From NCBI GenBank assembly GCA_030141605.1, contig JAQGDQ010000127.1, forward strand, positions 310,001 through 374,000: a stretch of 64,000 nucleotides of DNA. The letters run 5' to 3'. The notes beneath the pieces are model-generated. The model worked only from the letters and a program-made list of their open reading frames with translations, was not told the origin of the DNA and made no database searches. A program made the position numbers and the translations under genes. This DNA is from Tubiluchus corallicola. Its lineage: Eukaryota > Animalia > Priapulida. Positions 51,794-63,830 of this stretch are shown here, in pieces. Within the stretch, counting starts at the first letter, position 1. The number at the start of each line of letters is the position of its first letter.

Positions 51794-53878
51794 CAGTGAT
51801 GAGTGGACCATCACCCTGCGTACGGACACCGGCAGACGGACGCACGTGTGTTCAGAGAATTTCTTAAGAAAATTTTTTTATGGCTAAATAAATTTTTTTA
51901 GCAGTAAACCAAGAAACACACCAACAAATTGTTTGCGCCATCCCGGAGTCGTAAGCTGATTTCCGTAGTGAAGTTATGTTTATAAATTATAATTTATCTT
52001 ATCTTATCGATTTCCGTTGTCTAGACAATTTTTAGTTAATTGTAACTGCACTTGTGCATTTAGGGAGTGTGCTCCCTTTTCACGGCAGTAGCGAAATTAT
52101 GAGTCATTAGTTTGAGGTTATAATTATGAGTTTAAAGCTAGTGAACTTGCCTGAGGAAATAGCTTCTAGCAACCGCAAAATGGTCAAAAATGCATGAGTG
52201 GCTGAGATGTTCCGCTGTTTAGCTGTGTCTGGTGGAAAAATTAGCATGCACGCAAACTTATTACATTAACAGTGGGTGGGCTGTTTACTTATCAGACTCA
52301 AATCAGTTTTATGTTTGACTATCTACCTTTTGCTGGTTAGATAATCTTGGTACTAAATAAATTAAGCTTAAGTAACAGCTAATCTGCTTTGCAGTGTATT
52401 ACGAACTTGCTTTTAAGACATATGATTACTACAATAAAATACAATGAATATTACCTAGGTAAATTTAAGTAAAATATATTGCCTATAAAAATGTTCATCA
52501 CTAACCAAAGGGCAGCTGACTAGATGACCAATTGGTCTTTCGCTGCCCTTTCCTCACATTTTTGTTACCAAATTAATTGTATTATAACTGTGCGTGTGTT
52601 AAAAGATAAATAAAAGATTATTATTATTATTATATTTATTAAAGGAGAATTTTTCATGTTTGAGAAAGTCTGTGTACCAGAATTTACATCTCATTTGATG
52701 CCTCCAAAATGTGTTTAAATACAGGAAAATGCCTGCCCCCACACCCCATAGCTGCTTGCGTGTCAAATTTTTAAAATCTGGTGGTGCTATAATCCTGCCA
52801 CTGGATTGGACCAAACAAAATTGTGGATCTGCTATCGAAAATAAGGAATTATATGGCTCAAAACTGGCGGATCGGATCTTCGCAGATTTTAATTTTCATT
52901 AATGTTAATCCGCGATAGATAACAACGTGTGCATTACGGGTAGATAATGACAGACTGACACTCATCCCAAGCTACCAGGTTGACTAACAATGAAATAAAA
53001 TAATAATTAGCTTTGTTATTTATTCAAAGAAAAGTGGACGATTGTGTTAGCATTAGTTCAGAATAAAGAATGCTCTAAAATATTGAAAACTACAATAGCT
53101 TTTTTAAATCAAAGCTAGATTGAGTAATAACTCGGATAAACTTTCAAAGCTACGCGCGGCTCAGTAAATGGCAACGGCACCTTTTTGTCACGTGAACGTG
53201 GCCGACGAATAGAAGGTGGCACAGTGATAACCATTATCATGAACTGCAGCAGTGTTCGTTTCTGATATCCATTTTCGTGACATCACGAGTATAAGCAGTA
53301 CTGGAGCACTTGCTTGACATGAAAGGGAAGATGCCTGTTATTGCACAAACTGTGGTTAGTTTCTGAAATAAGCAATAGCTGTGTTCAGTTGCCATTAATG
53401 AACTTTCTAAGCTAATTATTCAAATATACGAAGCAATTGCTAACTTTTACGGCAAGAAAACGTATATTTTGAACAGTAAATTAAAATGAGATTGAGTCTA
53501 AACAATTATCCGGTTTTCCTTTAAACAAACGTACTACTGTACTAATAGTAGTAGTATTAGTAGCAGCAGCAGTAGCAAAATCTTTAAAATATACTAATGC
53601 TAAAATAGTAAAATAACATCAGGTAGAGATTATTCTAATATTCCGTCTTACAGGTGCATTTATTGGTTGAAAATCAAACCACTTAGTGGACACTGCAACA
53701 GGGTTAATTTCCACTAATTTAAAATATTTTGGTTTTTTTAAACCAAGGTTAGTGCTAAAAATGCAGGTTTGCAGATCGCTGTTAATAGCAAAATGTGGAT
53801 TTGTAGTCGACTGCAGATTTTAAGTTTGCGAACCAAATTTTTTGTGGATCGGGAAATTAGTCAATCTGCTCATCCCTA
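51794..53878. mobile_element. Non-autonomous hAT-type element (~2.08 kb) containing an L2 3' fragment
   Basis: Exact 8-bp TSD GTCTGTAC at 51786-51793 and 53879-53886. TIR CAGTGATGAGTGGA / TCTGCTCATCCCTA. Nested stem-loop at 52507-52551. Confidence 0.8.
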
Positions 53879-54098
53879 GTCTGTACTAATATATGCGAAA
53901 AGGCTAAAAACATAAGTGCAAGTAATAGTGAGGCCCAATACTAGAAATGTTAAATAGTATAACATAATAGACTTGTGGCTAGTGTAATCCCTTATGTATG
54001 TTGTAATCCTCATTTTTATAGCATGTTCTTGAAATAATGTGAACACTTATTCATAGTGACACTGCTTCAGTTTTTTTAAGGTCTGTGCCTTCATAATA

Positions 54099-54673
54099 CA
54101 GTGTTCCCTCGCTACTTCACGGTTCATTTATCGTGGACTCACTGTTTCGCAGGTTTTCAAAAATATCAATGTAAAATATTTATCGCAGTATTTTCGCTCT
54201 TTCGCGGGTTTTGCGATACTCCGTCTAAAGTATTTTTGCACATGCATAGTACGTATTGTACAGTAATGTATAGATTTGATGACTTTTGCATAAAAATCAC
54301 AAAATGTATAAAAATATTAATTCTAACATTAAAAGAATATTATAAATCATAAAAAATTACCATTTACAGTAAATAGTGTATTTGTTCAGCGGATGAATAC
54401 ACACCAAAAAGGAATTTTGTACTTGCACCCGCTTGAGATGCTACTTGCCAACGTGAGATTGTATACAACACATGAATGGTTGATTGATGGATTTATGTAA
54501 ACTTTTTTAAAAGGTACATGTACAGTATGGGAAAGGTTATTAAGGGAATGGGAAAGGGTTATGTATGAGAGTGTGGGGAGGGTTTATAAAGACTTTAAAT
54601 AATGTATAACTACTAAAATAAGTATCGCGGTTGGGCCTGGAACAGAACACCCGCGACAAGTGAGGGAACACTG
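54099..54673. mobile_element. Tigger/pogo-like MITE (575 bp)
   Basis: TA | CAGTGTTCCCTCGCTACTTCACGG ... CCGCGACAAGTGAGGGAACACTG | TA. Confidence 0.88.
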
Positions 54674-54812
54674 TATATCTATAAACTAAAATTATTACTT
54701 GCAATGTACTTGCTTAAATTAAACAACCAACAGCCAGTGAACACACATTGTTACTGTGTCTGACTGTAAATGTAAGAATCTAATAATGAGAGTAATACCC
54801 AAAACAGTAGTA

Positions 54813-55050
54813 CAGTGAACTCCACGTAACTCTAAATCGCATAACTCAAATTTTCGCTTAACTCAAAGAACTTCAGCGAAACGGACGAAATCCTTCGTTT
54901 TTCCCACAAAAAACATCGCTTAACTCAGAATTTTGCCTAATTCAAATAAAAAATTATGGTCCATTTAATCAAAGTACATGTAATTTACTTTGCCTAACTC
55001 AAAAATGAAATTTATACTCTAGAAAAATACAAAGTTTCGTACAACTCAAA
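54813..55050. mobile_element. Tigger/pogo-like MITE left end with repeated TAACTC motifs
   Basis: TA|CAGTGAACTCC followed by several (C/T)TAACTC repeats. The right end was not located. Confidence 0.55.
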
Positions 55051-55654
55051 AACAGTGTCATCTTCCGGGAAAGGGCTGATGTCTTACAAGTCACGCCTCC
55101 ACCAATTATTTTCTCCGGGATTGATCTTCCCGGGAAATTCTCATTCGGCGACATGAAAACAATCACTCTATTATCATTGTCTGTTCGAATTCGGTGCCTC
55201 TGTCTAACACTTATTATTGTCTCGGTCTGAAACTCAACTGTTATCTGGACTTGGTGTGGATCAAGATAACTGAATACTTGACAGAGAGTGCGTAAATAAT
55301 TGAACCATGCGCAAACTGGATTGCAGTATGTAAGACATTGGTAGCCCCACTGTCATACTGTTTAACAGTGTTGTGTACTTGTCCTTTTGTAACATAAAAA
55401 ATTGTTTCACTACATAATTTGTTATTCTTTATATAATTGTCATCAAATTTCGTCGTCGTTTATGTATAGAAAGGTTGACTTTCTGCCTTCTGTTTAGCTT
55501 GCTGTTTGGAGTAGGGGTTTAGAGTTTCTATGCTGGAAAATGGTCAACATTGCCTAACCCGGCCCGGTTGGATCTGAGTTATGCTGAGTTTACTGTATAG
55601 TTGATGGTTGATTATAATTAATGTTAACAAACATTTTGTGGTATTTTTAGTGCC

Positions 55655-58141
55655 ATGGATTCTGACAACCAGAACTTACATGAGCTGCTGCAACAGGCTG
55701 AACAGCTCACTGCTGAAATGCATGGTGAGGAGGAGCTGCCCAGAATTCGTCGTAATCTACGACAAATGCTTGATGTTGGTGACAAGATACATGCCAAAAC
55801 GGCCCATACTGTCAGTGACAATTCGGCTAATGTCAAAGCTTCTCTGCTACTTGGCTCAAAGGGATTCGACCTGCCAAAAATTTCTACAAAGTTGGAATCT
55901 CTTAGTGTTGCCAAGACATTTGAACCGCTGGAGCCTTTTCCACTTGCGAATGTACCTGCTTTTTTGCGCAACGAGCGGGAAAATGCAGTATTAGCTCTTA
56001 TTGAGGAATCTAGAAAACAAACCTTTACTGATGTAACGAATAGCTACTATGAAGCTATGGAAAATGAGTGGGAGCAAGATAAGCAGAAAATTCTGAATGC
56101 ACTAATAGGAACTGGTGGAGAATTTCTTTCACTTCCCCAAGAGACTAATATTCCTACTGCAACTGTAGATATGTCTTCAAGAAGCTCACTTAGTAGCATC
56201 GAAATGACTTATGCAAGACAGCTGTACAAATATAATGAAAGTGTCGTTCAAGGTGGAGCCAAGCCGTCATTGGTTAACATGTTCCTTGAAGTAGCACAAG
56301 GTATGGATGACCAAACTGTACTAGAAATATGGAAAATGGTAAGCCACATTACTGAAGTGCCACTTGCCCCTAGCAATGATACCATTGGAATGCGAACAAA
56401 CAAAGATGTGCAAATGGGAATAGTAAGTCAGGCCAGAAAGTATCTGGAAACTAGCTACAGAAAGTATATCCAGAACACTGTTTATAATAATCTACAGCGT
56501 GCTAAACTTAGTGGTATACCTGGTACACTAAACCTCGTCAAAAGTTTTCTTTCAGTGGTTGGTCTCCAGAATCTGGCAGACTTAGGAGAGATTATGTATG
56601 AAGGTCATCCTGTTTGGCCGGTTATATACTACTGCCTGCGTTGCGGTGATGTCCAGGCTGCTTTAAAAGTTGTTAATAGTCTGGCAGAACATTTGGATGA
56701 ATTTCCAACATTTCTACATGAATATGTTGCTAGTCCTTATAGAAAGCTTTCTCCCAACACCGAAGCAAAACTAAAGCTTTTGTATCGCCGTTGTGTACGA
56801 ACCAGTCCCGATGCTTACAAAAGAACAGTCTATTGCATAATTGGCAGCTGTGATCATGGGGATGACCACAGAGATGTAGCAGTTAAAATAGATGATTATT
56901 TGTGGCTGAAACTTAGTCAAGTGCAGTTTCATGTGTCAACGTCACCCTTAAGTGATGTTCTTTCTCTACCTGATCTGCAGAAACAATTGCTGGAAGAATG
57001 TGGAGAAACATACTTTAATGCTTATCAACAACCCTTATTATATTTCCAGGTGTTGTTTTTAACAGGACAAATTGAATCGGCAATTGAGTTTTTATTTCGC
57101 ATGGAAGCATTACGCATTCATGCTGTGCACATTGCTATATCTCTTCATGAACTGAAACTGCTGTTGTTACCATCAGATATTCAAGCCCAATTGTTGTCAG
57201 TAGAGCAAACGGACCAAGCACCAATAAAAAGACTGAATTATGCTAGGCTTATTATGATGTTTACGAGGAAGTTTGAAGCAACTGATCCTCGAGAAGCTTT
57301 GGAGTACTTTTTCGTTCTGCGAGACATGAAGGGTGTCCATGGTGAGAACCTGTTTTTGTCATGTATCAGTGAACTTGCTTTGGAAACGAGAGAATATGAA
57401 CTTTTGCTTGGAAAGGTGGAGTCTGATGGATGTAGAAAGCCTGGTTATATAGAAAAATTCCACAGTGACACAAGAAAGATCATTGAATTTGTATCAAAAA
57501 CTGCTGAAGAGAAAGGTCTGTTTCAGGATTGTGTTCGCTTGTATGACTTGTGCAACCAACATGAGAAGATGCTCGAGATCATGAATAAGCTCCTGAGTCA
57601 AGTAGTTTCTCAGCCGCCACTGCCCATGTCAAACCGAGACTGCCTAAAGTCACTAGCTGTGTCTATAGCAGAAAGATTTAAAAGCCAAGGTCATACGGGC
57701 AGTCCAATAACGGCTGGAGCTTTCTTCTTGTTACTTGATCTGATTACCTTTTTTGATATGTACCATTCAAAGAAGTATGAAGAAGCCATGGATATTATGC
57801 ACCAGTTAAATATTGTGCCCTTTTTATCTGAAGAAGTGGAAGCCAAGATAGCCGGTTTTCGATTGCTTGCAGAAGAAATCAAATCTGTTTTGCCTGATAT
57901 TTTACTAGCGGTAATGGGAATTATTCAGGCTCAGTATAAATCTATCAAGCAGCCTGTTGTGCCAAATCAACCGCATTCTGCATCCAGCTTATTTGCTAAG
58001 GATGATGGTGGAAAGCAAAAGTACATTGATTACTTGAGAAAACAAGCAAGAACATTGATAACATTTGCTGGATTGCTGCCGTATAGGCTGCCTGGTGATA
58101 CTAATGCAAGATTAGTGCAGATTGAAGTGCTTTTAAATTGA
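55655..58141 (+). CDS. NUP93: Nuclear pore complex protein Nup93, 828 aa, intronless CDS
   Basis: LHELLQQAEQLTAE..ELPRIRRNL, VKASLLLGSKGFD, FLRNERENA, EWEQDKQKILNAL, PVWPVIYYCLRCGD, DDYLWLKL, FEATDPREALEYF and LITFAGLLPYR..DTNARLVQIEVLLN. Full length with no disablement. Confidence 0.98.
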   Translation: MDSDNQNLHELLQQAEQLTAEMHGEEELPRIRRNLRQMLDVGDKIHAKTAHTVSDNSANVKASLLLGSKGFDLPKISTKLESLSVAKTFEPLEPFPLANVPAFLRNERENAVLALIEESRKQTFTDVTNSYYEAMENEWEQDKQKILNALIGTGGEFLSLPQETNIPTATVDMSSRSSLSSIEMTYARQLYKYNESVVQGGAKPSLVNMFLEVAQGMDDQTVLEIWKMVSHITEVPLAPSNDTIGMRTNKDVQMGIVSQARKYLETSYRKYIQNTVYNNLQRAKLSGIPGTLNLVKSFLSVVGLQNLADLGEIMYEGHPVWPVIYYCLRCGDVQAALKVVNSLAEHLDEFPTFLHEYVASPYRKLSPNTEAKLKLLYRRCVRTSPDAYKRTVYCIIGSCDHGDDHRDVAVKIDDYLWLKLSQVQFHVSTSPLSDVLSLPDLQKQLLEECGETYFNAYQQPLLYFQVLFLTGQIESAIEFLFRMEALRIHAVHIAISLHELKLLLLPSDIQAQLLSVEQTDQAPIKRLNYARLIMMFTRKFEATDPREALEYFFVLRDMKGVHGENLFLSCISELALETREYELLLGKVESDGCRKPGYIEKFHSDTRKIIEFVSKTAEEKGLFQDCVRLYDLCNQHEKMLEIMNKLLSQVVSQPPLPMSNRDCLKSLAVSIAERFKSQGHTGSPITAGAFFLLLDLITFFDMYHSKKYEEAMDIMHQLNIVPFLSEEVEAKIAGFRLLAEEIKSVLPDILLAVMGIIQAQYKSIKQPVVPNQPHSASSLFAKDDGGKQKYIDYLRKQARTLITFAGLLPYRLPGDTNARLVQIEVLLN

Positions 58142-60225
58142 TTGCAGACTAAATAATTTAAACCTTTTTTCACCAGTTATGGACATGTGTTAACACAGTG
58201 AGTACCAGAATTCAGACTATGCTTATAAAATGAATGTAGTGATAATACAATCTACTTTGAGAAAATTTGCACGCTTTAATTGTAGCTTTAAGCATGGAAA
58301 AAGACAAAAGTGGAATTTAACAGATGAAAATAGCTATAGACCCCTACTTAAATAATTGGAGTGTATTATTATTTAGTATTATGATAGTTTAGTAGTCACC
58401 CAACTATAATCAATTTGGCTATAAAGCAGGACATGGAACGTACGGAACTTTGTGTTTATACACTTAAAGAAGTTATACATTTTTATATGTAAAAAGACAG
58501 TCGTACACATGTATTATTCATGAATACTTCCAAGGCTTTCAACAAGTTATTGCAAACTTTTAAAAATGTTGCTAAAATTCAATTTTCACCAGTAATTGTA
58601 CAAGAGACCATTCTCTTGTATTTGTATTTGCTATGTAAATCTAGTGGGGAGAAGCTGTTGCACTACATATTACTATGCCTAATAGACTAAAATGATCGTG
58701 GGAATCCTCTTCCACTGCCTGATTACCATGTAACTTTTGAAACACCAAAATTTTTTGTAAGAAAAGAAATAATTATTTTCGTGATTACTATTAATTGGTA
58801 AAACGGCAAAGAACTATAATAGCATAAGTCACTGCTGCTGAACCCATAATGTATGATTACTGTCATGTATACAGCAAAAATGCTTACAATTATTGTTGAT
58901 GATAAGCATTAATTTAAGCATTATTTAATTTGCTTACTAGCTGATCTAGTTGTAGACGTTTTCGAGTTGACATGCAACTATGTAGTTATAAGCAACTCAT
59001 TAAACAACGCACTAATTTGTAGGTCGGTTTCTTCTAAAGCACACCAAGTATTCATTGAATATAGTATTGTGATATAATGCTAATTATAAATTGCTCTAGT
59101 TGTACTGACGCTAAATTTGTTTTTGGTGTGAATAGGTTTTTCTGATGCATATTTCTGCTATTTACCGTTTTTGTGAAGCTCTAAGTATTTTTGAAATAAA
59201 ATGGTAATGTAAAACTACTAGTAAACTTCTGCTTCGATCGTTCACATAATACTGAATTAAGGTGAAAAACCAGAAAGTGCGTCAACTGACTGGTTTTATT
59301 CATTATGATATAGTGAAGTGACGATTCTTAAAAAATTGTGAGAGATAGGAAATTATAGTGAATCATTAAAAATTTTAACCTGCAAAAGTAAAAAATAGAT
59401 GCATTAATTTTTATTGGTGTCCAAAAGTCTCGCACCCAAGTAATATCGTGCTTTCCTAAAGTTGATGTGTAGTCCCGTGCCCTGTCCAATTGGCTAATTC
59501 AAGACAAGCTAGTAGCCTAAATATGTGTCTTCCAAATACAGTGCAATGTTTACATGCATGATGTTAGTACTACTGTATAAGTAATGTTTATAAAATTATA
59601 TGTATAGGTTATTTTATTGACCGTACCTACATCAGTCATATTAATATATGCCGACGATACTTGTTTAGTGGCCTCTACCAACGTTTTACAAAAATTGGAT
59701 GATATTAAATGACTTGACTATATAGTAAGTAAGCTATATATCGATTGGAAAAAATGAAACCATTTTGGCCAACCAAACATATGTTGCTATTGAAGGACGA
59801 AATCTAGATTGGATTCTTGAGAAATAGGTCTGCAAAGACTGAGTATTCTACAGCATGTCATACTAATACCCTTAGTTTGAGATGCCTATAATGTTTTTGC
59901 TGTACGTGTATGTTGTGTATATCTATCAAATCGTTATTATCATTTTAGTTAAAGTACAAGCACCACGCAAAAGTTGTTTAGAGAATGAGACTGAGTGTAT
60001 GATATAGCCCAGTTTTGCTTTCTTTACAACAGCTACCAAAATATAAAGACATACAAGTGTCAAAATGATGCAAGTAGCTGAAAGGTGAATAAGAGATGAG
60101 TTACTTTCTTTTAAACGGTCGTTTACGTCCTGCGGAGGCGTTTTGATCAAAAACTATAATAAAAAACTAGTTGTGGAAAACGTGAGTAGACCACTTAGGC
60201 TTATTTGTCAGTGATGGTAGATTAA

Positions 60226-61080
60226 ATTCAAATTCAATTCAATTTTTTTTATTTGTCTCTCTTAATGGGTTACAAAGTGTATGAAATTAAAGTCAGTAAA
60301 TTATATTAACAAAAATAGAGATGGGGTGGTGAAGGACCAGTGGTCATCGAGCAACCACCCCTATATAAATATATTATGTCAATTTTTTTTTGTGCTGCTA
60401 TGAATTGTGAATTTAATATTGTCTGAGGAGACAATTTATTCTGTGCAAATAAAATTAAATAATTACAGATATTTTGAAGTTTATGGTGAACAAAATATAA
60501 TTATTGGAAATACAGTTGTGTGAAATGCAGTGTCAATTAACCATGGAATATAAAATAAATTAAATAAACAAAATAAAATAAAAAACACAAATAAGCTGGA
60601 AACGTACGTTACCATAACTTATAGTTAGAAACAAAAACGTTCTGATGTAGCTTTGCAAATTAGCTCAATGAAACCTAGCTGTATGCAATAATAATATTTG
60701 CATCCTTAATATTGTTACCATGCAATAATAATAATAGTGACTGTAATATTAATAATGTTAATAATAAATGCGACAAGAATTTACTACCAGAATGATAATG
60801 TGCTGTTAAGTCTGTTAACATATTATATTCGCCTTCTGATAATTATGTAATTTAGATGAGGAGTAGTGGCATCAATATGTATTCATGCATTTACACATGT
60901 ATACACAAAAATACATACACATATATGCACATACATAAGTGTGAACATAAATTAACAAACTGAGTACTAATACTGCCTATCATATAATACTGTATGTACA
61001 CATGTATATGCACACACATACATACACACATGTATTCATACACTCACATATATGCAAACATATGTACAATTTTTCTTTTG
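60226..61080 (-). mobile_element. L2-type 3' UTR remnant with stem-loop and (TTGAA)n tail
   Basis: AATTCAAATTCAATTCAATT at ~60226 and stem-loop at 60323-60361. The right boundary is uncertain. Confidence 0.55.
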
Positions 61081-61164
61081 CTTTGAACTTTTTTGCGTAA
61101 AAATGAGTGGCATGAAATGTGCGGTCGCAGGTGGTTTTCCGAGCGAAGAATTATGATACTGCCA

Positions 61165-61832
61165 TTGTAGGGCGCCGAGTAAACCACTAGCCGAAGTAAG
61201 ACACTTCCGGCAAAACGCATGTGCTAAATTTGCGGAAAAGCAGTGTCGTACATGGGCAGCCCAAGTAGGACACTAGAGATTTCTGTCGAGAATCCAGATT
61301 TATGACATACTAAAATATAAAAGTAAATTTGTTTTAGAAAAAAGTAACTTTATAATAATGATGGATAGTCCTTGACAATTTACAATTTTTTTTACAACAA
61401 TATCATCATTATTATTAGCTCCATTAATATCATCATAATATTAAACTAAGTATCCAATGCTTTAAAGAGAGAAGCTATGTAGGGCACATAACTCGCTAAC
61501 TCGTTTACTTAGTAGAAAACCTACTACTTAGTAGATGTACCTTAAGCAAATGTTGGAATCGCCTAAAAAGTGCGCTTATTTCACTTCAAAGAAGATTAAT
61601 ATTGGCAAAATTATACTAACTCAGAATAAAATTCGTTCATTTTATCAGATGTATAATAAATTATTCAACGTGTATTGACGTGTTCAATTATTATTATTAC
61701 ATAAACAAGGACAACGGACGACGCCAGTACGCTTAACGACTCAATTCGCGACTTGTTTCTAGTGTCCTACTTGGGCAGCCCATGTACGCCAATTGTCCTA
61801 CCTCGGCTAATGAATTACTCGGCGCCCAACCG
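61165..61832 (-). mobile_element. Non-autonomous TIR element, family A copy 3 (internally deleted, inverted)
   Basis: TIR core GGGCGCCGAGTAA / TTACTCGGCGCCC. The body is the reverse complement of copies 1 and 2. Confidence 0.88.
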
Positions 61833-61989
61833 TCATAATTATTATTTTCGACCACGTTCGATAGTCATTACTTATTGATAGTTTATTATTATCTATGTAG
61901 TCAAATAACCGTGGTATATTATATTACCGTGTTTCGACTTAAAACTTTTTATCGCTATTGTTATCACAGAGTGTGGATTAGGAAAACGA

Positions 61990-63830
61990 ATTGTTTACTG
62001 GCGCGCCTCTGAATGGTCATTTTCCAGTTTTAACTGCGATCGATGTAGGAAATAACTCTCGGGCAAATACTAGAAGTCGTATAATTCACAACTTCAAAAA
62101 CAGTGACTGGTATTATTGGTCAGGCATCTTAGAAAAAACAATTCAACAGTCCTTTTCTGAAATCTTAATCCACCTACAAAATAATGATGCAAACAATATT
62201 ATGGTGTTGTTTCCTGGAGTGTATTAAACAAGCTAATGAGTAAAGACCAAGCGCTCATGAAAAAGACTTTGGACGTCAAATCTTTCTCTTCCAAAAAGTC
62301 CATATAAGCAAGGTGAATTACACCATACTCTAAGTGAGTTAATCACTGAGAATACGGCAAATCTGAACGTGGCACAAAGTAAATCTTTCTGGAAAACTAT
62401 TTCGGATGCAAGAACAATGTCAAATTGACACTTTAAAAGTAGGCAACAATTTTTATACAACTGACAACGAAAAATGTGGTGTGTTATACACTGAATTTTT
62501 TAGTGGAAAAAATTTTGACAATGAGTGGTATGACTATGTTAATAACTTTGTAGAAAAATTCATGATTGTGATTATGTAAATCAAAATAATGAAACTTGGT
62601 ATAATGATGCGTTTATCATGACTGAATTAATTTGCAGTATAAAAATGGTAAAAGTTTAGACACTGATCGCGTTCATCCATTAATGGCAAATGGGGTTCTG
62701 GGTCTGACCTCTCTTTTTAAACCTTGTTGATATTTGTTTTGAGTGTAAAGTATGGTCCTGGGATAATGCCAAAGCTATGTTTTTTAGAAAGCAGGGTAAA
62801 GATGACTATAGTGCGCCAAACAATCATAGGCCAATCTCGGTAACATCATATTTTGGAAAACTTGCAGAGAAACTAATAGAAAACAGACTAAGAAAATTTT
62901 TTAGCGGACATAATTTGCTTGATCATGTACAAGAAGGATTTAGACCAAATTGTAACACTGGTCGTTACTTTTGACAATTGAAAGACAGTTAGTTCAAATG
63001 TTTGATAGCATTGCAGTATTGTGTGACCTTCGAAAAGCTTTTGACAGCATTTGGATAAACATTTCTATTAAATCGGATAATCACTTTAAAAGTTAACAAT
63101 TTTAGCTCTAAAAATTACCTTGTTCAATGGGTTTGCCCACAAGGATCTGTGTTCTTGCCTTTGCTATTTGTATTTTTTATAACAGATATGCTTGGTGCAA
63201 TGGTATGTGAAAAGTTTACGTACGCAGATGATAGTTCAGCTTTAGGAAGGAACTGCTAAATCTAAGTGGGAACTAAACCCCCTAATCTCAAAATTGAAGA
63301 ACTATGTGGCCAAAAGCAAAGTATTAGTAGTTGTAATTGATGATCATTTAAATTTTAATGACCAGACTAAGGAGGTAAAGCGGCATGCTTGAAACACATT
63401 GCACAAAATAAAACAGTTCTGTTCAACATATAATGGCCTGTAAATGAAAACAATAATTACTCTGTTCAAAATTGATAATTTGCTACTGGTCTTATTGGCG
63501 ATCTTATACGGTTGTATAAAAAATTAGGTGCATTTGAAGATATTTGGTACGATTTTCAAGAAATTGCCGCATGCGTGGGTTACAATCCCTCAAAGCAAGA
63601 GCTAGGTATTATATATGGCTTACCACCAATAGTTGTTTTATATTCTGACCAGGTGAGCAAATTCATGGTAAAAAGTTTGTTGAGACTGCCAGAAGATCTA
63701 GTTGAGTGTGAAATTTTGGAAACTGACTGTTTAAGAGGCAGGTTAGTAACTGTAAACATTTCCTGGCGGAATATTTAAATACAACAGATCTTTCATCAAA
63801 ATAGCAAAAAATGTAGAGCTCTCTCGAAAT
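61990..63830 (+). mobile_element. Decayed LINE ORF2 (RT) fragment
   Basis: FFRKQGKDDYSAPNNHRPISVTSYFGKLAEKLIENRL, QEGFR, DLRKAFD, GLPQGS and YADD, with stops and frameshifts. Confidence 0.88.

Noticed and set aside
55608-55994. Overlapping alternative-frame and antisense ORFs at the NUP93 5' end
   Set aside because: Short, with non-ATG or weak starts and no motif. Expected by chance over a coding region.
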